A stretch of DNA of 60,000 nt from Lytechinus pictus (taxonomy: Eukaryota): positions 3,846,001-3,906,000 of the forward strand of contig NC_087251.1 in NCBI RefSeq assembly GCF_037042905.1. Reading direction: 5' to 3'. A program made the position numbers and the translations under genes. Below, piece by piece: positions 1 to 9,110 of the stretch. Positions within the stretch are counted from its first letter, which is position 1. Each line of letters opens with the position of its first letter. The notes under the pieces are model-generated. The model was not told where the DNA came from, did no database searches, and saw only the letters and a program-made list of their open reading frames with translations.

Positions 1-190
1 TTGGTCAGCTCCGCGGTACCATGCATGCATTTTTTAACTACTACTATTACAGCCATACCATATACCATTTACTTCTTTGATTTGCGACATTTGCTCAGCG
101 GAACGTTGTTATACTACCTCTTCATCAATACTTTGTGCAGAAATTCATTATTTTGCTACTTTTGGCTTGACTTTTACTCCCTTCACCACC

Positions 191-974
191 ATGTCAACGC
201 GTACTACACGTGCTAGTACTAGCGCCTCGGACAAGGTCGCTCAACCCGAGCCAACGCCCAACAGTATCGCCGAACTGAAGGCCGACATAAAAACGCTATC
301 CGAGGTGTTATGTCAGAAGATAGATGAGTTACGCAACGACACTGCAACCATGCACCGCAAAATATCTGACCTAGAAACCGCTATGACGGCTACGAGTGAA
401 CGGACTTGCCATCTAGAGACCGTCCAACTTCCAAAACTACGTGAGGACCACAAAGCCGACATGTCAGCCATAGAGAAGAAACTGATTCTCCTCGAGCTCT
501 ACCAGAGAAAGGCTAATCTCCTTTTCTATGGGGTCCCCCATAACAGAGATGAAAACGTCTATGAGAAGCTCCGCAACGTCTTCGTTAATCTTGGTCTATC
601 AGTGGAGGATGCAAATGCCATATCCATTGCAAATGCACATCGGTTACCCCGCAAGTCGCAAGCTGGAGCAGCCGCCCCTCCCCCTGGTCCTGAGCCTATC
701 ATAGCGAAATTCGTTATTTTTAGTGATCGTCAGCGTATCCTAGAAGCCTACGAGCATCAGCAACGCGTACCTCATAGCGATGCAAATAATATTAGCAGAA
801 TCTCGGTGAGAACCGATCTTCCACCAATCATGAAAGCTCGCAGAGCTAAGCTCGCTACGGTAGCATATGAGAAAGCAGAAAAATCTATCAACCAAGATAT
901 TTGTCAAGGATACCAATGTTATTCTTCAATTCAAGACCAAGGGCACCAGTGAATGGAAGACCTACCATGACTAA
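191..974 (+). pseudogene. LINE ORF1 (coiled-coil + RRM, L1-ORF1/transposase_22-like), frameshifted near 865
   Basis: ATG at 191 in CACCATG context; heptad coiled coil; motifs RKANLLFYGV, AHRL, PIIAKF, SVRTDLP. The natural-looking C-terminus MRKQKNLSTKIFVKDTNVILQFKTKGTSEWKTYHD* (TAA 972-974) is in another frame. Confidence 0.8.
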
Positions 975-1593
975 CATCCCTGTCCTGAAAATAAAAGGTA
1001 TAACATAATGATGTACTATAGTAAAGTTTCATGATCTAATTGATTTCAACATTTCATAATACTATACTCCAAGATGATGTCTTACTACTAAACTCCTTTA
1101 CCTATAAATTATGGTATCATAAATAAATAAATAACGGTATAATGAGGAAAAACTGACAACTTTTATTTGTAGTTGAGAGATGAATAAAACTGCAGCCTTT
1201 TCAGTTCAAATGTTAGAAGAGAACGGAACAACACTAGAATAGGTCTTCAAATTGTTATTTAGTTTTTTACTTGACCTATTGCCATAAATAATGTAATGAG
1301 CTAAACTTACAATGATATGGATATCTTATTCATAGATTAAAGACTGCAGTTTCTTCACATCCAGTGTCTTTTTACTGCATGATAACTCTAAATATTATAT
1401 TATAGATCTTGAAGCAATTTTATGTAACCTGGCAATTGAATTACGAATTACTTGTCATTTTTTCTTAACTTACACTTGATATTTTTAATATCATGTCTTT
1501 ATTGAGAGTATTGCCTCCATATTTAATGTCTCTGCTGGAGAACGAGAATACATTAAAAAGGTTTGACAACCTTTTTATACTCTATATATCTAT

Positions 1594-1814
1594 AACAGAG
1601 TATGGGGTGTTCTGGAGAGGTGGAGTGAAGCAGGTTTTCTTCAAATCATCATATCTCTAGGGGGGAAATGAAATTTAGATCTACAAGATAATAAATCCTA
1701 AACTTTTCCATGATTTTTTAAGATTTTCCCCAAATCTTAGGGGTCCCCATTTTCCCCCAGTTTCTCAAGAAAACCTGTTTCACTTTGTTTTCCCGGATCA
1801 CTTTATGCTCTGTT
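1594..1814 (+). ncRNA. Structured RNA domain, copy 1 (48-bp G-U-rich stem plus inner stems)
   Basis: 1594-1641 pairs gaplessly with 1814-1767: 34 Watson-Crick, 12 G-U, 2 mismatches. Inner stem 1657-1670/1748-1760; hairpin TAAGATTT-tcccc-AAATCTTA near 1719-1739. Confidence 0.7.
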
Positions 1815-2308
1815 TTACTTGATCTACTAGCCATAAACAGATAAAATAACGGTATAATGAGAAAAAACTGACAACTTTTATTTGTAGTTGAGAGATGAAT
1901 AAAACTGCAGCCTTTTCAGTTCAAATGTTAGAAGAGAACGGAACAACACTAGAATAGGTCTTCAAATTGTTATTTAGTTTTTTACTTGACCTATTGCCAT
2001 AAATAATGTAATGAGCTAAACTTACAATGATATGGATATCTTATTCATAGATTAAAGACTGCAGTTTCTTCACATCCAGTGTCTTTTTACTGCATGATAA
2101 CTCTAAATATTATATTATAGATCTTGAAGCAATTTTATGTAACCTGGCAATTGAATTACGAATTACTTGTCATTTTTTCTCAACTTACACTTGATATTTT
2201 TAATATCATGTCTTTATTGAGAGTATTGCCTCCATATTTAATGTCTCTGCTGGAGAACGAGAATACATTAAAAAGGTTTGACAACCTTTTTATACTCTAT
2301 ATATCTAT

Positions 2309-2529
2309 AACAGAGTATGGGGTGTTCTGGAGAGGTGGAGTGAAGCAGGTTTTCTTCAAATCATCATATCTCTAGGGGGGAAATGAAATTTAGATCTACA
2401 AGATAATAAATCCTAAACTTTTCCATGATTTTTTAAGATTTTCCCCAAATCTTAGGGGTCCCCATTTTCCCCCAGTTTCTCAAGAAAACCTGTTTCACTT
2501 TGTTTTCCCGGATCACTTTATGCTCTGTT
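2309..2529 (+). ncRNA. Structured RNA domain, copy 2
   Basis: Same sequence as 1594-1814 shifted by 715 bp. Confidence 0.7.
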
Positions 2530-3607
2530 TTACTTGATCTACTAGCCATAAACAGATAAAATAACGGTATAATGAGGAAAAACTGACAACTTTTATTTGT
2601 AGTTGAGAGATGAATAAAACTGCAGCCTTTTCAGTTTAAATGTTTGAGAGGACGGAACAGCACTAGAATAGGTCTTCAAATTGTTATTCATTTATTTTTT
2701 TTTATTTTGTTATTGCATGACAGCTCAAAATATTATATTATAGATCTTGGAGCAATTTTATGTAATCTGGCAATTGAATTGCTTGTCATTTTTATTGTCA
2801 TTTTATTATATTATAGATCTTGGACCTCTCTCATTCAATTGATTCATGATTTAAAAAAAAGGCCTATACATTTTTATTAATATATTCAAGCGAAATCAAA
2901 CAGCAGTCTTTTAAAGTTCAAATGTATCCGAGAGAACATAATGATATTAAAAAAGGTCTAGAACTTAGTTGTATTATACGACATATTAACCTTAAAAAAA
3001 AATGTTGGCCTAAGGAAAAAAAAAAATGTCTTGATTTCTAGCCATAAAGTATGGTACCATGTCAAAAGGAATACGGTGTATTCATTATACGTATAGATTC
3101 AAGAAGAAACAAACTACTGTTTGTTGTTGTTTTTTGTTTTCCATTTTATATGTCTTTGCGTAAAGAACACGACTTAGCATTATAGTAAATGACTTTAAAA
3201 ATAAATAAATGAATACGTAATGTCTACTTTGTACGTGATCTTTCTAGTTATAAATCGTACTTTATCTTGTAATGGACATGTTTGCTAGGATATCCGAATT
3301 TTGTAGATGCTCAAGAGACATGAAATAATGTCATTTTGCCGCATATAGTTACCGTTGCCTGGCATTGTCCCTTCCATTCGCTGAGATGTCTATGCATAAC
3401 ATTTGACAAAATCATTCACAGGTTTTCTTAAATGTCTTGATGAAGATGTCTACTGCAGCTGTTAACACCCACATATTTTCTATTTGTGTCCAAGATATTC
3501 ATGAGCATTCCGCATGTCTTTGTACTGTATCAATTATTTTCGATCATAAGCTATTCAATCCTTTTCCATACATCATGTACATACATGTAGTATGTTGATG
3601 GGATGGC

Positions 3608-4202
3608 TTAAAGGGGAGTGAGACCTTTGGAATAGGTAGGCTTGTGTCGTGGCAGAGGGGTCGGGGAGGCGGATCGGCGGGGGTTTGGGAGGGGTCGGAC
3701 GGGCGGTGGGAGGGTTGTGGGCGTTTGAGTGTTGCGATCGCTGGTGCTGCGGGGGTCCTCGCATTGGCGATGTGGCGGGGATGTGTGGTGCCATATGTGA
3801 ACGGCTTTCCCTTTGATGGACTGTGGGGTGCCCCCGCGGGATGTCTCTTTTTGCTTTTTCTTGTGGTGATGTGGGCTCTTTGTCCATGATGTGTCCTTTG
3901 AGGGTCTGCATTGCATGCCCTCCTGTGGAGAAAATGCGTGGTCAACAGGTGGATGTGATGGGGGAGGCAATTTGGGTGAAATGTGTACTAATGTAATGGG
4001 GAGAGTTGTTCGCAGGTGGCATCGCGCATCTTTGTCGCGTTGCCCGTGTGGGGATCTCCGTGGCATTGGTGATCGCGGTATTCGGGTGCTCGTGGCTTTC
4101 TCATTGTTTGTCTGATTCTTCTCGGGCTTTCGTTGGTCTTTTTCTTTGATTTTTCTGTTTTCGCGCAAGCTATCTTGTTCTAAGGGTTACATTCTCCTTT
4201 AA
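3608..4202 (+). ncRNA. Giant G-U-rich RNA hairpin (205-bp gapless stem, 185-nt structured loop)
   Basis: Position i pairs with 7810-i for i=3608..3812: about 112 Watson-Crick, 85 G-U, 8 mismatches, no A-C, no gaps (hand count). Confidence 0.85.
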
Positions 4203-5013
4203 AGTGACAGGTGATGTGTGGAGTTCACATTCATATCTATGCTATTTACATGTACGGTAATTCATGTTTCTGGATTTTGAGTTCTTTTTGTATTACTTAT
4301 TTCTTTCCTGGGGTCTGGAGGCAAGATTATGCACAATGCCTGGCGATTACAAACTACAATTATACTTGGAATCTTATCGGTAAACATTAATTACTCCTCT
4401 ATCTTGCAGGCCTATATAGCGGGCTTCCAGGCTCCAGAAATGAATGGGTATGCGTATCATTTACAGATGAAAAAATCTAAAATCTAGTAACTTGAACTCA
4501 TGCATTGATACTTATTTACTTCACAATACTGGTGTATATTCCACTCAAGTTTATATTTTTGTGTTGTTTTGTTTTGACAATTCCCTTAAATAATATTAGT
4601 TCCTATGATAACCATTGATTTTCTACAAATGAACGACACTGTCGTAACTCCCATGCTGTAAAACTTTCCACCAATTATCTTTTCTCAAAATTTGGAACTT
4701 AGCGGTAGCTGGACCACCCCTCATCAGTATATTGATTCAACCAATATCATGCGTTCCATTGTCATTTTTGGATTACGCGTTTCAGCCATTTTTTGTATTT
4801 TAGGCTATGGGTATTTCCCTTTGAACACCTTCTATTCAGTTACAATCTCCATTTTATATACAGATCAAACCAATCTTAACAACACATGTACTAGTTTGCT
4901 TTTCATAGTTTTTCATGTACTATTATTATTCACATCTGCCGTGCGCCTTGGAATTCCTTCGGTATATTTTACCCGCCCTGCTCTCACGCAATTTGTGTTA
5001 ACACATACATTTT

Positions 5014-8000
5014 ATGACGAGTGGCCTTAATACATTTCATTCTGCGCCTGAACTAGCAACTATTGTTCAGAGAACTGCCGGATCCTTGCCATCAAATTCT
5101 TCGCTGTCTAATTCTGAATCTTTTCAGAACCTTCAGTCAACTGAAGCATATCCTAACCCCCAAACTACTGAACTTAGTCTCGATTTCGAATCAACAACCG
5201 TAGAGGGTAACAACCCTTACTCTGACTACTTTTCTGAGCAAATGTTTTTCTCCAATTTAAATACACACAATGATAAAAATATAATACTTTTACAATATAA
5301 CATTCGGAGTCTCAATAGAAACTTCGACCAATTAGAAGCATTTGCTAAACAACTAAAATATCAGTGGTCAGTGATCGGCATTGCAGAAACATGGCTCAAA
5401 CACACTCCCTCCTCGCTTTATAATATAGAAGGATTTACCTTTGTCTCTAATAATAGAACTGAGAAACGAGGTGGCGGTGTGGGAATGTATATTCCCGACG
5501 GGTTTGATTTTACAATAAACGACGAACTAACCATTATATCAAATACTATAGAAACTATCTTTGTCGAATTACACTCTCCTCATAAAAAGAATATAATCAT
5601 AGGTGAAATCTATAGACCCCCAAATACAAATCCTAAAGATTTTATTGAAACATTACAGTCATTATTATCAGCACAAATACTGAATAATCAAACATGCATT
5701 ATTATGGGAGACTTTAACTTTGACTTACTCCGATGTGACCAAAACACTGATAGTCATGACTTTCTTAACTTAATGCTATCTAAACATTTCTTTCCAGCGA
5801 TTACCAAATCAACCAGGATAACCGATACATCAGCTACATTGATTGACAATATTTTTGTTGGAGGAACTTCAATTTTCAAGTCAGGAATTATAGTTAGTGA
5901 TATCTCAGACCACTTCCCCATCTTTACATTGATACCTAATACTATTCTTAATCCAAAGCCTAAAACAAAAAACAATATAGGATCACGTGATCTGTCACTA
6001 TACAACATCAACCGCTTAAAAAATGAACTCGATACAGTTGATTGGACTGCAATCTATCACTGCACTGATACTAACATCGCATTCGAACAATTCATAGAAA
6101 TAATTATGCATCACTTTAACTCTTGTATCCCAATTCGAAAAAAACATTCAAATTATAAAAAACGCCCAAGGCGTCCATGGATATCCAAGGCTTTATTAAA
6201 GTGCATCAATAAAAAAAACAATCTATTTTATAAATATAAAAACAATCTATTTTATAAATATAAAAACAACCCTACTTCTTTGAATAAATCCAAGTATTCT
6301 TCTTACCGTAATATATTAACATCTTCGTTAAGGCTTGCTAAGAAGAACTTTTATTCGAAAGAATTCATTAAACACAAGGACGACATTAAAAGTACATGGA
6401 ATACAATAAACGATATTCTGAAAAGGAAAAAGATATCCAACCAAATACCAAAAATCTGCATAAATAACAATGACATTCTAAATCCCCTCGAAATTGTTGA
6501 GGAATTTAATAACTATTTCGTTAACATTGGCCCTAATCTTGCCCATAACATTCCCTCAACTGACATAGACTTTAAATACTTTTTAAAATCCCCGAATCCA
6601 AATTCTTTATTCTTTACCCCAATCTTAGAACATGAAGTTATCGACATTGTTAATAATCTAAAACAAAATAAAAGCCCAGGATATGATGGTATAACAAATC
6701 GTGTATTAAAAGAGATCATACCATACATTATTGCACCCCTGACACATATCTTGAATCTATCCATTACAAATGGTATCGTTCCACAGAAAATGAAAATCGC
6801 CAAAGTCATACCAATACTAAAGAAAGGTGCCTCTGATCATCTTGGTAATTATCGTCCTATTTCTCTTTTGACCTCCCTCTCTAAAATTCTCGAAAAACTA
6901 GTATATTCACGTACAATGAAATTTTTAATATATCATAATATCTTATCTAATAATCAATTTGGCTTCAGACAGAAACACTCCACAACTCATGCATTACTTG
7001 TTTTCTTAGATAAGATAGCCCATGCCATAGATAACATGTCTCACACTGTTGGAATTTTCCTTGACTTCTCCAAGGCCTTTGATACTATCAATCATAATAT
7101 TTTACTGCATAAATTATCCCATTATGGGATTCGAGGAAAGGCCTTGGAGTGGTTTGGAAATTATCTTTCCGACAGAAAACAATTCGTTAGTATTAATGGA
7201 CAGGACTCTTACCCGAGATTAGTATCATGTGGTGTTCCACAAGGTTCCTTATTAGGCCCCCTATTGTTTATTTTGTATATTAATGATTTTCAACATTCAT
7301 CTGATAATTTGTCGTTTATTCTTTTTGCAGACGATTCTAATATTTTTTTCTCCCACCGTAACCCCACCAGCCTCCTTGAAATCCTGAACGAGGAATTGAA
7401 AATGGTCCAAGCCTGGATTAATGCAAATAAGCTATCTTTAAATGTTAACAAAACTCATTATATGTTGTTCAGTAATACTATCAAATCTTTACCCGGTGAT
7501 ATATTGATTGCTAACACAAATTTAACTAAAGTCGATTCCACAAAATTTCTTGGAATTTATATCGATAGCAAACTATCGTGGGAATCACATATTAATTATC
7601 TTTGTACATTAACGGCTAGAAACACAGGCATTTTAAACAAACTTAAACATGATCTACCCCAAAAAATTTTATTATCTCTTTACAATACTTTGATTTTGCC
7701 CTATCTCAATTACGGTATTCTTGCTTGGGGTAATAGCAATAAAACTCAACTACATAGGTTGTTTGTCATTCAAAAACGTGCGGTTAGAAACATAAACAAT
7801 GCTGGTTTTCTTTCCCATACAAGTCGTTACTTTCATGGAAATCAACTTCTCAAAATCTCAGACTTATATAGATATAATTTAGGAATTTTTATGTTCCAGC
7901 TATCCACAAATGAATTACCAGCCATTGTCACCTTATTATTTGTTAAACGAAATGTAATTCATTCATACGCAACTCGACAAAGTACATTTTATCATTTACC

Positions 8001-8169
8001 ACTGACTCGAACAACCTTTGCTCAGAAAACAATTACTTTCTCAGGACCGAAGTACTGGAATGGACTATCCAAAGACATTTCAGACTCCAATTCATTGTTT
8101 ATATTCAAACGTAAACTTAAACATACTTTTTTGAATGATTATGCAGTTCAGGCAGCAGTAGATATCTAA
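5014..8169 (+). CDS. LINE ORF2: apurinic endonuclease + reverse transcriptase, 1051 aa, intact
   Basis: APE motifs YNIRSL, IAETW, IYRPP, MGDFN, TLIDNIF, SDHFP; RT motifs NYRPISLL, QFGFR, FLDFSKAFDT, GVPQGSLLGP, LFADD. Confidence 0.97.
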   Translation: MTSGLNTFHSAPELATIVQRTAGSLPSNSSLSNSESFQNLQSTEAYPNPQTTELSLDFESTTVEGNNPYSDYFSEQMFFSNLNTHNDKNIILLQYNIRSLNRNFDQLEAFAKQLKYQWSVIGIAETWLKHTPSSLYNIEGFTFVSNNRTEKRGGGVGMYIPDGFDFTINDELTIISNTIETIFVELHSPHKKNIIIGEIYRPPNTNPKDFIETLQSLLSAQILNNQTCIIMGDFNFDLLRCDQNTDSHDFLNLMLSKHFFPAITKSTRITDTSATLIDNIFVGGTSIFKSGIIVSDISDHFPIFTLIPNTILNPKPKTKNNIGSRDLSLYNINRLKNELDTVDWTAIYHCTDTNIAFEQFIEIIMHHFNSCIPIRKKHSNYKKRPRRPWISKALLKCINKKNNLFYKYKNNLFYKYKNNPTSLNKSKYSSYRNILTSSLRLAKKNFYSKEFIKHKDDIKSTWNTINDILKRKKISNQIPKICINNNDILNPLEIVEEFNNYFVNIGPNLAHNIPSTDIDFKYFLKSPNPNSLFFTPILEHEVIDIVNNLKQNKSPGYDGITNRVLKEIIPYIIAPLTHILNLSITNGIVPQKMKIAKVIPILKKGASDHLGNYRPISLLTSLSKILEKLVYSRTMKFLIYHNILSNNQFGFRQKHSTTHALLVFLDKIAHAIDNMSHTVGIFLDFSKAFDTINHNILLHKLSHYGIRGKALEWFGNYLSDRKQFVSINGQDSYPRLVSCGVPQGSLLGPLLFILYINDFQHSSDNLSFILFADDSNIFFSHRNPTSLLEILNEELKMVQAWINANKLSLNVNKTHYMLFSNTIKSLPGDILIANTNLTKVDSTKFLGIYIDSKLSWESHINYLCTLTARNTGILNKLKHDLPQKILLSLYNTLILPYLNYGILAWGNSNKTQLHRLFVIQKRAVRNINNAGFLSHTSRYFHGNQLLKISDLYRYNLGIFMFQLSTNELPAIVTLLFVKRNVIHSYATRQSTFYHLPLTRTTFAQKTITFSGPKYWNGLSKDISDSNSLFIFKRKLKHTFLNDYAVQAAVDI

Positions 8170-8338
8170 ACCTTTCAGCAGCTCCATTTTACCTTCATAC
8201 CTCCCTTTAAAACATTACTTTCTTTCCAGGGCGTGCCACAGATGTGATTAAACCAATTGGTACATAAACTTTTGCTTTTCTTTTACCTTGTTATTTTTAA
8301 TAGCTATATAGCCTTATGTCTTATCACCTCCTTCCATT

Positions 8339-8379
8339 GGGGCCTATAACTCACAAGCTCTGCTTTCAACTTAGGCCCC
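8339..8379 (+). other. LINE 3' UTR stem-loop (putative RT recognition element)
   Basis: GGGGCCTA (8339-8346) pairs with TAGGCCCC (8372-8379) and encloses AAGC-tct-GCTT. Confidence 0.55.
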
Positions 8380-8961
8380 TCCATTTTTCACTGATTTAAA
8401 TTCTTATTGCGTATAACTTCTGTCTCAATAACGATTTATTTCAACTCAATATAATTATGTTATACTCATGTCAAGCATGTTAATGTCTGTATATGAATAA
8501 TGGAAATAAACTAAACTGAAACTGAAAACTGAAACTGAAGTCAGTTGTAGAAAGCCTGTCACATAAATGGGAGATCATCGGTTAGATAACCACCAGAGTC
8601 ACACCAAAGACTACCATGGGTAAATAAGAGTTTCATGGTTAATCAACGGTGGTATAATAAGCCAAACATTTTGAAAGCACCAGGGCAAAAATATCTTATT
8701 TTTTGGTTATGGTCATGATTTATTTTATTTTATTTTATTTATCTTCATTTATTTTTTTAAATTTTTTTTGGAGGGGTCATCAATATCATCATCATCATCA
8801 TCACCATCATTATTATTACTGCTGTTATCATAATCATCATCATTCTCAATATTATTACAACCTTGAGAAACTTTTGTATAGTATATTGCATATAACAGCA
8901 AGAAAGTTGGACTCATATAAACACTCTGTTGAAAAAAATAAATGTGGTGAATTTTACTTAC

Positions 8962-9110
8962 TGACAATCAGAAAGACTGGGTTTGTAGCACTGAAGTTGA
9001 AAACTCGCTTTGCATATTGAATGAAAGGCTCATCTTGGTTTGTTTGAGAGTTAACACGAAGACCAAAGGCACATGATCCAATCACATCCATGGCATATGG
9101 ACCATACAAT
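8962..9110 (-). CDS. CYP exon 7 (149 nt)
   Basis: LYGPYAMDVIGSCAFGLRVNSQTNQDEPFIQYAK; TAG acceptor, GTAAGT donor. Confidence 0.92.

Larger units (their letters stand above)
1131..2790 (+). repeat. 715-bp tandem duplication (2 near-identical copies plus a diverged partial third) in the LINE spacer
   Basis: ATAACGGTATAATGAG recurs at 1131, 1846 and 2561 (period 715); copies 1 and 2 differ at only a few positions. Confidence 0.95.
1..8539 (+). mobile_element. Near full-length non-LTR retrotransposon (CR1/L2/Crack-group LINE), antisense within CYP intron 7
   Basis: ORF1 (191-974), 4 kb spacer, uninterrupted APE+RT ORF2 (5014-8169), 3' UTR with a stem-loop, and AATAAA followed by an (AAACTG)n tail at about 8505-8539. 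The 5' end may lie at or beyond the window edge. That ORF1 and ORF2 belong to one element is inferred. Confidence 0.85.

Noticed and set aside
3655..3722. G-quadruplex as the explanation of the G-rich tract
   Set aside because: The G-runs are accounted for by register-perfect pairing with the U/C-rich arm; G4 remains only a possible alternative fold.
3544..4168. Three overlapping minus-strand ORFs (186, 133, 112 aa) and short plus-strand ORFs
   Set aside because: A-depletion of the hairpin makes the minus strand T-poor, so stop codons are rare; the products are low-complexity with no recognisable domain.
4700..4730. Hammerhead ribozyme core (CTGATGA on the minus strand)
   Set aside because: No stem II followed by GAAA, and it is on the wrong strand for the LINE.
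4692..5030. Hydrophobic ORF overlapping the ORF2 start, or a 2A-like peptide
   Set aside because: No DxExNPGP motif is present; the hydrophobicity follows from T-rich composition.
8540..8961. CYP exon 8
   Set aside because: No phase-compatible exon with P450 similarity was found between the LINE tail and exon 7.
8703..9020. His-rich ORF
   Set aside because: (CAT)n microsatellite, partly antisense to CYP exon 7.
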